A stretch of 55,534 bases of DNA, the filler included, from Sphacelaria rigidula (lineage: Eukaryota): assembly GCA_964200075.2 (NCBI GenBank). It is 6 parts of 6 records of this genome, joined end to end, with 100 filler letters (N's around TTAATTAATTAA, not from the genome) between each part and the next. Parts side by side here need not be neighbours in the genome. Positions count along the whole stretch, not along the records: positions 37,093 to 46,263 come from CAXNAA020009129.1; positions 46,364 to 55,534 come from CAXNAA020009130.1; 4 more parts are not named here. The stretch is one strand, 5' to 3'. The notes beneath the pieces were generated by a model that was not told the DNA's origin, searched no databases, and was given only the letters and a program-made list of their open reading frames with translations. This document shows positions 43,710 through 55,534 of this stretch, in pieces. Position 1 is the first letter of the stretch. The number at the start of each line of letters is the position of its first letter. Made by a program: the position numbers and the translations under genes.

Positions 43710-44956
43710 GGGGAGGATGGGAATGTGGTCAAACTGCGGTGCTGCTCCGTTGTGTGCGTGGTGGGGGTTGGCACACTACACATCCGTCGACGGGAGGTTG
43801 TCAACAATGCAACGTGCTTTTCCTGTAGACACAAGATGTGTTGACATGCCCTGGACGAAGGACGGGGTGCACCATCGCTTTCGCCCCGTGTCCTTGTTTA
43901 TACCGACACTGACCTGCAGAGGACGAGAAAATGTATCCAAGGCCATGACCTTGTGAGAAATGATCCGAACGTGTGCATACTATCGGCACGCACCCTGCCG
44001 GACGCTATCTGTAGATGCAGATATGATTCTGCATCTCGAGCCTTTCCCTGCTCCTTCATTTTCTTGAACGAGTGCTGCAGTTTTTGTTTTCTTGGGTACG
44101 TCTATCATGCGATCATGGCTTGACCCATGGGATACTGCGGGCTGACATGACAATATATATATATATATATATATATATTCTTTCGTATCCACGGCATATG
44201 ATGCTGGTGAATGAGATCTTAAGCGCCGGAATGCAGTGTTGGCTAGACCTGACATGGCCCACCCAAAGAATGCACACGAGAAGCCAAAATCGATATCGAT
44301 TGTGAAGAACAGTTACTTCAGAATACCCCTACCGATATTCATGGCCGGTAACAATGTTCTCACCCATATGCATTTCTGCCGTGGACTTGTAGGAAATGTT
44401 GGGTACATGTACATATTATCGACACCCACCCTGTCGGGCGCCATGTGCACACCCAAATAATGTACACAAGAAGGTAGATCGATATTCATTGCGGGGAACA
44501 ATGACTCCAACATACCCCTGCCCATATACATCGCTGGTAACAATGCACTGAGTGATGTTCTCATCGATGTACATCTTTACTGGCAATGATGTGTGAACTA
44601 TCACGCCGATATGCACTTGTCGGTAACAATAAATTTCGGTTCATACCATCGATACACATCGTTCATGCAAATGGACAATGAAAACATCATATCAATATAC
44701 ATGGCTCTTCGCCATAGATTCCGCAAAATTCCATCAATATAAATGGTCAGTGACTATGGATTATAGTGTTCCTTATCAATACACATGGTCACCAGAAACG
44801 GATATTAATTTCTTGTGTCAATACACAAGGTCAGGGCAACGGACGGAGAAATTTCATCGTTGATAGCCATTACGATCGGAGATATACTCGTCTATTACGG
44901 TGAATTCTATTGCTACCGCAATAGATGCCTTCTATTGTCCAGGGAGTGGATTTTTC

Positions 44957-45900
44957 GCGGTAACTGTGATGGTGGTCGAGCTAGATCATTTTGTGCGGGG
45001 TTGGAGAGCCTCAATTCCGCACAGAGGGAATCATCATACTACGTATTGTTCACATGGTAAGGCACCCCTGAGGCAGTGTGGAACCCGTGGCTGTCTTTAG
45101 ATGTAGGGATATCAGATAATGAAGCAACTCATTGTACATTGTCATCCGAATTTAATATAACCAGTACCGGTTCGGGCCCAACAATTTTAGTAGAATCTAA
45201 CCCACCCTCCGTGCGACTCGCCGAACACATCACGGCGCTCCGCGCTTGGTGGTTGATTACGAGCCTGGTCCGGCGAAAACCCCGCGTGCTCCATCCCGGC
45301 TTCTTAAGGATGTGAGTTTAATGCTTACATGACCACGGCATGCAATATCGTACGTGACGCCCCCCCCCACCCACCCTCCCCCTGCGATTGGCGTCGGTTG
45401 GCAACGACGCTGTACACCACGCCGGTGACTGCGTACCCTAGGTAACCAGGCCACCCTTTATTTTGCGCGCTTGCGTTTTGTTTGCGGTAACAATTACGGT
45501 GGTCGAGCGAGATCATAATGTGCGGGGTTGGAGAACCTCAACTCCGCACAAGCGGGACGATCATCCCACGTAGTGTTCAAATGGCGAGACACCCATGAGA
45601 CAGTGTGTAGCCCATGTCTGTCTCTGGAGTGGCTACACCAGATAATGAAGCGACTCATTGAAAGCTGTCGTTCACACGCAAGATGCCGAACACTCTTAGC
45701 ACGATGCAGCTCACCCTTCATGCGGCTCGTCGGACACATCACGGCACTTCGAGCTTGTTGACTGATTGCAAACCTGGTCCGGCGAAAAACCGGCGTGCTC
45801 CGTCCCGGCTTTGTAGGGGTGCAAAGTCAATGGTCATACGACTACGACATGCAAGATCATGAGTACATGAGTACATAACCACCCCCCCCCCCCCCCCCCC
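44957..45900 (-). repeat. Two tandem family A copies: 44957-45370 (the other half lies at 38078-38169) and 45361-45900
   Basis: Reverse-complement homology to 6988-7505 and 12043-12606; bounded by C-runs. Confidence 0.8.
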
Positions 45901-46263
45901 CCACCGCCCCCAACAAGACCGGAGGCGGAGAGGGGGGGAGGAGGAGAAGAGNNNNNNNNNNATGGTAATCAAACCCATAAACAAAAGAACATGAGAACAC
46001 AAGTACCTACCCCCCCCCCCCCCCCCGTCTCGACACGTCAACAAATGCGCGGTGCTCGTCTGTAACGAAGAAAAGAAAACTCCAATAGAGAAGAGGAACT
46101 GCCGATCGTAGACCAGTATACATACTTCGGCGTAAAAATCTAGAAGAACTGTTTCTGGGATGCAAACAAAAAAAAAACTAGAAAAGGGTAAGGCACAGAT
46201 AGGCAGGTTGGACGTGATTCTCAGAGACCTGCGCCTAGACACTAGGATCAAGAGATGTATCCT

Positions 46264-46363
46264 NNNNNNNNNNNNNNNNNNNNNNNNNNNNNNNNNNNNN
46301 NNNNNNNTTAATTAATTAANNNNNNNNNNNNNNNNNNNNNNNNNNNNNNNNNNNNNNNNNNNN
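46264..46363. other. Artificial scaffold spacer
   Basis: N44-TTAATTAATTAA-N44. Confidence 0.97.
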
Positions 46364-46848
46364 AGATATGCCACTTCAGCCCCATATTTTGTTTGAACCC
46401 CAAAATATAAAATCGGCTGTTACTTGTACTTCGCCAGATGAACCCAGAAATAACCAAGAAATTACTCATTGGACACACAAAAATAATCGAACACGAAGCA
46501 CGACGCGAAAGGAAAAGAAAAAGGAAAAGGAGAGAAAAAAAAACAAAGACAGAAACAAAGCCGAACAAAATAACGCCAAGGCAAAAACAAAACAAAGCAC
46601 AATATCAGGATCCAAAGCCAAAAACAAAACAAGACATAAGAAAAAAACACACATATCAAATACCAAATACAAAAAACAAAAACCAAAAACAACATACAAA
46701 CACTACAAGCACGGGGCTAACCAGTACGAAAAAAAATGAACGGGAGGGGGGGGACATATGGTTTGCCAACGACGCTACGTTGCAAGACAAGCGACTCGAA
46801 CGTGGTACACTACGCAAGGTGAATGGGGGAGCAGACGTGGATGCGGCA

Positions 46849-48938
46849 TTATGAGTCATTTGCATCCCAAGCGGTGTCCGTGTTCCGTAGAACGGCTGTG
46901 TCGAGTTCGCCTTGGTCGTGTCGTTGGAGGCACCAGGACCCCCTCCGAGCGGTCCGCTCCTCGGTGTAGTACGCATCATCCAAGCGAATCTTAAGGGGGC
47001 TCGGATCATCGAGGAAACGAATGAAGTAGGAGTTGTCAGATGCAGGATCGATCAAGTTAATCTTACCCAACCACCACAGGGAATCCAAAGCCTCATACCA
47101 AAAGTACGCTCCCTTCGGCAAACGTTTTCCGTGAAAAGACTGCATGTATTGTGAACGCGAGAGAAGGCTATATCCTGCTACAACAAACCGCGCCGAGTGC
47201 TCTCGTGCCAAGTCCCGAGCGGCAGCTCCCTTGCGCATCGATCTATATCTCTTATTCAACGGGCGGTGTTGGACGGTATCTCCTACCCAGTACAGCAATA
47301 TTTCTCGACGAAAGTGACGTAGGTCGACCTCACAGTCCTATGTAACACGCATGGTACCCTTCCAATGAGTCTGGTACATAACCGCTATTTTATCTCCTCG
47401 ACCTCGGACTAATTGATGGCCCGAGATGCGATCTTCCACTACTCGTTCAAGGGGCCCGTTGGCATCTTCAGCCGTCATGTGATATGGGGGGGCTTTGACC
47501 GCATAGTTGGTCAACACGTACTGACTGAGACCCATTGGCAATTGCTTGAGCATGTCGGACGCATCATGCGGGGGCAGACACGGTTTACACCTCAGCATCG
47601 ATACTCGGTTTTTGGGTTTGATTCCAAGTTCATCAGTGGGAAAACCAAATACAAACGTTTCTCGCCTACCGGACTATTGTCGGGTGCGGCATCACAGGGC
47701 CCTACCGCCAAGATCTTCCAGGGGCCAGTCCAATTCAAGGATAGTTTCGACTTCAACACCTTATCCAACGACGAGTTATTAGAGCTAGCCCCCTGAGTTA
47801 CGGTCTTCACATCATTGTACACCCATGCCCATTGATCTACCTTCCACACCGGACGATTGTTAACCGCATCATCCAACACAGTGTTTGCCCTGGCTACCTT
47901 CGCTGCGTTGATCTGGTTCTGCTCGCGTACCACCTCATACGCTAGACGAGGACGATTACTAACAGAAACATGGTACTCCGCGATATCCCTATTTACACTC
48001 TGATGACCCCAATAAGGTTTCCGTTCGAACACCGTCAGTGACAATCTGAGCATACGACCAATATGAATTTCATTGGGAGCCAATCCCGTTGCGGCATTGA
48101 TTGAATTGTTGTAGTTCATATCAACAAGGGGCAAATGCAAGTCCCAGTCCGTTTGTCGTTCGTTGGTTACCGTTGCAAGCATTTGAGCCATCGTATGGTT
48201 CACTCGTTCGGGCCCACCGTTTTTGGAGGAATGGTATGAGCTTGTAAAAATACGATGGGCACCCAGGAGGCTACTGATCTCAGCAGAAAGCTTGCTGGCG
48301 AAATGCGGGCCGTTATCGGATAACAATCGTTTGGGCACACCCCAATGCGGAATATACGTGTATACAAGAATGTTGGCGGTACCTTCCGCGTTATAGCTAC
48401 TGGCAGCAACGGCGTGCATCACCGCATGGCGACTAAATCTATCTGTGAAAAACAAAACAATGTACTTATGACCACTATCCGTCAGGGGCAGGGGGCCAAA
48501 ATAGTCGCACGAAACTACTTCACCAGGCCCGTTCAGGAGTGGCATGGAAACAATCGGCCAGCGAACTGTCTGACGTGAAGTATTCGCGCCTGACACAAAA
48601 AAACAACGCCTCACCCACCAACGTACACACTGGTCCATACAAATTCACCAATAAAAACGCTCAAGCATCTGGGAGGTCCGAGCAACTCCCAGATATGTCG
48701 ATGCTTGTGAATGACACTCATGGAGAACCCATGGGCGCAGCAGCATCGGCACATAACTTCGTGTGGGGTCATCACCTAACAAGCAGGCGTGTTTACTGGT
48801 AGGTTTACCCACACGAAGGGACGCTGTGGGCCGGCGAACTAAGAGACCGACACCATCATCATCCGTATAAAGCATACTTTTCCGCAATAGTTCAGTAACT
48901 TCATCCTGTGTGGGGGCTTTGTGGTTCCCAACAGGCAA
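46849..48938 (-). pseudogene. Integrase with GPY/F motif, chromodomain and additional C-terminal domain
   Basis: LHECH...LG, DYFGPLP, TDRFSR, SDNGPHF, NGGPERVN, WTGPWKI, chromo RISGHQ...YQTHWKG...T*D, then FWY...WWLGKI...YFIRFLDD. Confidence 0.92.
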
Positions 48939-49799
48939 GAGGAATTCGGTTGCTGGAAAAGGAGACGGACAACCTTTGGATAGTTAATGCATAGCCGCTC
49001 TACAAGCAGGTTCAGCTTGTTGTTCTCTGGCCCAATCGGCGTGGGAAAGAAGGGTCAAACGTTCCTCAAATACACTATCGGACGGGTTTTCCAAAATGAA
49101 AGGGTTCGTGTCACGGGGGTGTTGACTCGAATCGGGGATTTTTGGATCATGCGCGGGGGAACCAGTTAGTGTACTTTCAAGCGGAGCATTGTCTTCGAAT
49201 CTTACGTCGACTAGCGCTCGGATGATGAGGCATCAGTGGGTGCATCATCACCGGGGAAGGGGGGCGAAGCCGAAGCTTCGGATATGGTAGGAAGGGGTGC
49301 CATGGATGGAGTCGATCTTTTGGGGGTCTTGCGCCGCGGTGGGTGAGGGGGCGCAAGAAAAGTATCGAGCACCGGGATGGGGCTTGGGATAGGAAGGTCC
49401 GGGCCAGCGGCCGCCAGGGTGGCGGCCGTTTCGGCGGCCCGTCGTCCCCTGGTTTTACTCGAGATGTGATTTCGCACCTGAACCGGGAGGACGAAGTCAG
49501 CACAATACGGTTCTACATCTGCAGCACAAGCCATACGATGACCAGTTGCACGAAAATGATCATACCCGCTCGGGTTTGTACTAGCTCCACTCCAAACTAA
49601 ACACAACGATTGAGGTGGCATACTGCCTAGTACAGAAGCGTGAGCTGTAGTCGTCAGCCCATCCATGCCAAGTGACGAGTTGTTGTTCAGTGAGCGAGGT
49701 GTGTAGATACAGCTATGACTGTTTCTGCTAATAAAATATACAATGTCTTCGGTGGGATCCGTGATGCGTTCCAAGGCGGAGCTGTCGATGGGTTGAGCC

Positions 49800-51195
49800 G
49801 GGATGGGCAAGCGAGACAGAAAACTAGCGTCTGCGTTTTGAGGTCCTGTTCGATACTTCAGTGTAAAGTTGTAATAAGACAGGATTTCAGACCAGCGTTG
49901 GACCCGGGCGTTGTGTTCCTCCATGTTGGCGGGGATTTCCAAAGACTTAGGACCTGTACAAATCACGAACGGAATGCCATGCGAGTACTGACGGAGACGT
50001 CGCACTCCCCAAAAAATCGCACCGGCCTCTTGCTCCTTACCAGTTTTGTTTGTTTGGGTAGGTGGTTCGACTCAAATATACAATGGGGCGAATATTAGCA
50101 TCTGGTTGTTCCTGCTCCAATGTGCAGTCAAACCCAATTTTGGAGGAATCCGTGTGAAGTCGGAATGTAGGTGAGCCATTTTCAGCGGCCGATCAGTCTA
50201 GGAAACCCAAGATTGGTGGTCGCGACAGGGTGTCAAGTAGTTGACGTAATTTTTTCTCCATTTCCGAGGTGAGCGCGAATTTCACTCCTTTTTCGAGAAG
50301 GGAGGTGAGAGGTTTGAGGGTTCGGGCTAGGTTCGGCAAGTATTGTCGGTAGTAGCTCAAACCGCCGAGCAAGGAGCGCAGTTGAGATGTATCTCGTGGC
50401 ATGGGAATGTATGTAAGTGCGGCAACCTTGTTGAGGTTTGGACTATGATTTTTAGGAGTGATACAGTGGCCCAGGAATTCGATGCTGTTCGCTCCAATGC
50501 GGGATTTAGACGGTAAAAGTTTCAAGTTGTGTTGTTCGAAGCGAGCGAAGAAGGATGCCGAGTGCTCGACATGTTCGGAAGGGGTGCTTCCGTGTATGAC
50601 CGCGTCATCGAGGTACATATGGCACGTAGACAATCCATATGTCACACGAAACATCACACGTTGAAATGCCCCGGGGGCGCCGGCGGCGCCTTGTGGTGTT
50701 ACCAACCATTCGTACAGGCCTGACGGTGTACGAAACGCCGTCAGTTCTATAGATTGCGGATCCATCACAAGTTGGTGGTAGCCGGACTGCATATCAAAGT
50801 TCGAAAATACTTTAGCCCCGCCGAGAGTCAATGATTTCATCTATCCGGGGAAGAGGCAGACGTGCGGTTTTGGTGACTGCGTTCAATCGTTGGTACTTGA
50901 TCGTCAGTTTGATCTTACCGTTCTTCTTCCGGACGACTACAAGCGGCGAAGCCCTCGGGGACGTTGAGTGCCGTATTAAACCCGCGGATAAGTATCCGTC
51001 GAGGATTACCTGAACTTTATCCGCTAAGAGGGGGTTTGTACGGTACGGACGAGTAGCGATAGGTGGCGTTCCATCAGGAATTTTGATTTTGAACGGTGTA
51101 GTGGTGCAGCGGCCGAGATCTGGGGGCGCTGTGGAAAATCGTTCAGAGTATCTTATTAAAATGGCGCGGAGCCTATCGATCACCGTGGGGTTCAA
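49800..51195 (-). pseudogene. Reverse transcriptase + RNase H
   Basis: SPLVVVRKKNG, PLPRIDE, FDMQSGYHQ, TAFRTPSGLYEW, YLDD, LHTDSS, RVQRW, YRTGPQNADA; frameshift near 50830. Confidence 0.95.
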
Positions 51196-51899
51196 CCCTC
51201 ACCAGATTGATCAAAAGCAATGTGTCGCAAGTGTGGGGGGATATCGTCCCATAAACGTTGGAAACTAACACGTTGCTCTAGCGATAATCTATCTAGCTAT
51301 GCAGTTGGGGGCTTTGGGTCAGGTGCATTAGACGCATCGTCCACTACCAGCGGGCATTGTTTGTCGAACGGTGGAGAGTCCGCGTTGATCGAGGTGTCTG
51401 GTGGCAATTTCCGTTCGGTTGCCAGACACACGTTTGACAAGCCTGTCCGTAGGAGGGGCGCCTGAGCAAAACCTAACAGCTGACGGGGGAGTAAATCGAA
51501 ACATGCAGAGGACGTGAGAGGAATGGATTGTCTACCTTCGTGGACGAATACTTCGGTCTGACCGAAGGTGCTTGCATCATCAGCCGGTTGATTGGGGTTG
51601 ATGAATTCGACCAAGTATTGCCCAGTGGGGGCAGGGGATCCGTTCCGTCTCACAAGGTTCACATGTATGAGTTGGGGTTCAAGGGATAAGGAGGTTACGT
51701 TGTTACCAACATAGTACAGTCGGAAGGCATCACCTTTTTGTGTTGGATCATCGACATAGGCATGCGCCCCCGAAGCAGTGTCGTGATATCCCAATTTCAA
51801 CCTGCCAGTCTTGGGATGGTGCGGAACAGGCGTGTCTGACGTGTACGTATGAGTGGAAAACCGTAGCCAGCTATCACAGCCAACTATCACGCCCCAGTA

Positions 51900-52260
51900 A
51901 AACATTAACCGACATGGAACCATCGGGCACTATGAGAGCCCATACGGATAATCGCGCAGTCGAACCCGTGTCATAAAAAAATGCACACTAAGTCTCACTG
52001 ATCGATCAACCGTAAGTGAAGTGAAAGCACCAAACCCGCCGAAAACACGGGGGGAAACCGTAGAAACGCAATGTGCGTCCGCAGCCCCCGCGTTGATCAT
52101 TTGTTGCCAGCAGCTGGCGGTGATGAACGTTTGAGGCAAGCCTGAATTGGGCAACGCAACAGCTAATAAAGAGCATGTCGCGTGCATTCCACTATGTACA
52201 CCTATTTTCGATGTGAGGGAGGCATCATCCATGATTGCAGTACCGCAGACTAGATCCGGT
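51900..52260 (-). pseudogene. Gypsy aspartic protease, degenerate
   Basis: VALPNSGLPQTFI corresponds to the ALLDSG(S)PQTFI active-site motif with D->N; lies upstream of RT. Confidence 0.55.
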
Positions 52261-53899
52261 CCAAATTCTGGCAAGAAATGTGTGGACAAACCGTGCTTGT
52301 GATGGTGAACGGCTGTGCTGAAATACACACGTTGGTAATCCTTTGGAGCAAGATTTCTGTCCGCAGGTGGGTTGGGGCACGGAGTGTCGCTCGCAGTTGG
52401 TTGAGAATCTGTCGAGTGTTGAATTTCGTATACTGTAAGGGATGGACGATGCCTGGGAAGGGCAGTTGTTGTGGCTGGCCGCGACAACTGATGGGGTTGG
52501 TTTGAAATACCTCGGTCGGCCGCAACAAGTGGCGAAGTGTCTGTTTGCGAAGCTGGCGAAGGGACAGCATGAAGTGGGGGTAAACAAGGGGACGTTTCGT
52601 CAAAGGGTGGAGGTGAGTTGGCTACAGTAGTCAATTCGCTACCCGTCTTAGTGGGGGACGACGTTGGTAAAATAGGGGACGAACAGTCAAGCGTGGACGG
52701 CTCGTTGGTCACTACATCACGTTTTCCTTGTGATGAAGAACTAGACGGGGGGTTTTCATGACAAGGAGGCGAACGCCCAATTGGCAGCGAGGTATCTGAC
52801 CCAACAGATGACAACGCTATGTTGGGTGATAACATGGTGTGTGAGGGGTCGACAGAGAGCAGTGTTGATCTGTTCGAAATCTGGGAACCACCGGCCTGAT
52901 CGACAGAATCGCTTTCATCTGATGGAACCCACACCCGTTCACGATTTCGGTGGACGGGTGCAACTGTATCTTCAGGGATATCTACAGGGTCATCCGGAGG
53001 AACCCGCCGAGGGTGACGCGTATAGCGGACCAACGGTTCGGCTGCTCCGGGGGCTATTGGGAATAGGTCAAGGACAGTCCACCTTTGGTCACGCTCGTGG
53101 CGCTCCACCGGCGCTGTTGCTTGGGGTTCCTCCCCAACCCGCTGAGCGAGGGATAGCCAGGATTCGATACAGTTGCGCTCCGTGCTCGAAAATCATGCTC
53201 ACCAAATAAAAGGGGACCGGACACCGACGTTATTTCGTTCGTGGGTGTAACAGGGGTCGGCTTGGCACCTAAGCATGTTTAGGGGCTGGTGTGTGGCCTT
53301 GATTGTTTTGTCCCGCAATGAACAGATGCGGGGGTAACAACTACCGCGACAAAATATGTACTTGCTTCGGAGGCGGGAGGTGTTACACTACATGACTGCC
53401 GATCCCGCGGGGAGAAATGATCCAACTGGCTATGATTAATACCAATTGGAGGTAAAACTAGGTGATTAGCTCTAGGATTAAAACACTGGGATTGGTCGTT
53501 GCGCAGTTGGGACTCATGTAACGATGCACCGGGTTCTGCTGCCATGGAACCCATCATGACAGTCTGATCGAGCCCAGTGTACCTGCACCACAAACCTGAA
53601 CCTGTGCCGTACGACATTGATTCAGTTTTGTGATGAGTGTCTACTGGCCGAGCGAAAGAAAAGGGGGGGGGACTTCCGCGGCGTGTTGCCGTCAATCTAT
53701 GGTTCCCTAATGTGGGCCTGTGGCGGACAATGGGGGGGAATGAACGCGAAGTGTAATTAGAATATGTAGAGGGCGACAGCTTTATGACGTCAGCAGTCGC
53801 ACACTCGGGGTTACCCCACCACTTGCTATTTGGAAACTTGGAGATTTCTACATTTCCAAAAGACCGTCAGGTGGTGCGTTTAGCATCAGTGGAGGAACG

Positions 53900-55510
53900 G
53901 TTCTCTTCCTGGCGGGGTTCAGCCGGTGCAGCATTTCCCGCTGTGAACAGTTGGCGAGCATCTTGTGACTGAGTCTGCATTTGGTGATGAAAAGCGCCAG
54001 GAGGAGGGGGGGGGCAGGCTCGAGCGGCCAGCGTTGGCTTACTGAGTCTGGTAGTAGGGTTGTTGGTACTGGTTGTTGGGTGCGCGGGGTTCGTTACCAT
54101 AGTGGCGATTCCCGCGCCTTGGACGTTGGTGTGAAATGCGGCCGTCGCCAGATTGAGGGCGACGGTAAGAACGCATACGCGCTTGCCAAGTCCGCCAATT
54201 GTGTGAATATTGTGGGTCAAGGAACATCGGGTTAAGTACACCAAATGCGTTCGTGAAAGGTGCTTCACAGTTGCGCATTGAGTGCATCGGAATGCGACCG
54301 TCCGCAGAGTATCCCGTCTGTTCGTCGAACCAAATACCACAGTTTAGACAGCTGTGTTTCCAGTTGTGAATCAAATCAATTCAGACCTTAGGTCAGGGTC
54401 TACATCCCGAGCCCAGAGGGGGAGATCCGAGTTGTTCATGGAAGTGCTAACTTGGAAAATCTCGGGCCAATTTTCGGCCGCAAAGGGCCAACTGGGGAAT
54501 TGACTGGCAAACGCGTCAGGGTGTTGTACAGGGGCTGTGAACATGACCTCACCAGTAGTGGACATGGACCCAGGAATCCACGCAGGTTGACTCACTTTGG
54601 GGCGTGTCGGCTGCGATCGTGACACAGTAGGTGCAGCTACCGAAAAGGACGGTGGAGTGACGGAAGCCTGGGCAGTGCCGCTGCTCGCAGGGGTGCCATT
54701 TTGCTTCGCATCCGTCAGGTCTATCGCCGGAGTCCGGTTTGACCGCAATCCATCAAACTGCCTCCACATACTATCGAGGTCAGGGTATGGAACTGAAACG
54801 GTTGCCTTCCCACCCATACCAAATACAGTCGGCATCAGGCTAGGATACTGTCGTCCTATATTGGAACGGGAAATACTCATCACCATATCTTCTGTAGGAG
54901 CGAGCTCATCACCCCCGTCAACCATGACAGAAATCAACGTACGGAATTTCTTGAGATACTGGTCGAATGGCGTATCCACCGGTACCTTGAACGTGAGAAG
55001 GCGTTCAATTGATTCACCTTCATAGCTTGTATCAAGTGATAAATTGATCAATCTGAGTAGCTACGTGAAAGCCTTATATCCGCGTGTACCGAGCGTGAGG
55101 TTACGAGCGACTTGGTCTAAGTGAGTGTCAAACATCGTAGACAACTGCGTAGCTTGTGGAGTGCTAAAGTCGAGGGCAGCTTCGAGTGCTCGGTGTAGTG
55201 GACGGAGCCATCCGTCGACCCACGTACTAGACTGCAGGTCGACGGACTGATTGTCACAGATTGACAGAATATCACTCATCACGGTTGTCAAGGATTGCCG
55301 TAGTTGACTACACGACAGACCTACATCTGATCCCACTGGAAACGGGAGGGAAGGCTTGACCTTGGCCACAAACTTGAGATCCAAATTTAGGTATGCACGG
55401 CGCACGCTTAATGGATTACGGGGCTGGGGGGGCGGAGAAGGGCTGCTAGGTGGAGGAGAGGGGGTGTGTGTTGTGTTGTCGTCCCATTTATTCTGGGCAC
55501 CAGTGTACAC
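53900..55510 (-). pseudogene. Gypsy gag with zinc knuckle
   Basis: ORFs 55061-55510 and 54371-55051 are in one frame split by TAG, then frameshift to CLNC...HSMRNC. Confidence 0.6.
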
Positions 55511-55534
55511 CTTTCGGTGTATGTGGGTGCATCA

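Larger units (their letters stand above)
38170..44948 (-). mobile_element. Full-length hAT DNA transposon (6779 bp)
   Basis: 18-bp TIRs CAC(A/T)CCCTGGACAATAGA (38170-38187 / 44931-44948); 8-bp TSD gattttcc/gatttttc; splits a family A repeat whose halves rejoin across it; encodes a hAT transposase. Confidence 0.9.
46849..55534 (-). mobile_element. Ty3/Gypsy LTR retrotransposon internal region (gag-PR-RT-RNaseH-IN-chromo), decayed; LTRs not in the window
   Basis: Domain order and motifs as in the sub-features below; multiple stops and frameshifts. Confidence 0.95.

Noticed and set aside
38232..44760. LTR retrotransposon suggested by the direct repeats
   Set aside because: No TG...CA ends, PBS, PPT or RT; the interior is a hAT transposase and the true ends are TIRs with an 8-bp TSD
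46368..46854. Lys-rich and Phe-rich ORFs
   Set aside because: Low-complexity A-rich sequence, probably the Gypsy 3' untranslated region

Overview
Eukaryotic, intron-rich and repeat-rich DNA, most consistent with a brown alga or related stramenopile (inferred, not proven). The window is not one locus. It is six scaffolds of 9174, 9173, 9173, 9172, 9171 and 9171 bp, apparently sorted by size and joined by artificial N44-TTAATTAATTAA-N44 spacers. Scaffold 1 (1-9174) holds two phase-compatible exons of an unidentified gene, several MITEs/foldbacks and a ~108-bp tandem array. Scaffold 2 holds a fimbrin-type calponin-homology domain gene. Scaffold 3 holds foldbacks, MITEs, a tRNA-derived SINE and the last exon of a probable sulfotransferase. 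Scaffold 4 holds the 3' 11 exons of a CDC48/p97 AAA ATPase, possibly the periplastid (SELMA) paralogue. Scaffold 5 holds a Copia-like gag remnant and a complete 6.8-kb hAT transposon with TIRs, an 8-bp TSD and an intron-containing, decayed transposase. Scaffold 6 holds a decayed Ty3/Gypsy element whose integrase ends in a chromodomain plus an extra Tudor-like domain. The most notable items are the hAT element with its cognate MITEs, the double reader domain on the integrase, a very abundant unclassified G-run-bounded repeat family, and MITEs carrying telomere-like TTAGGG tracts. No CRISPR array, rRNA or intact tRNA gene was seen. All comparisons were made by eye.
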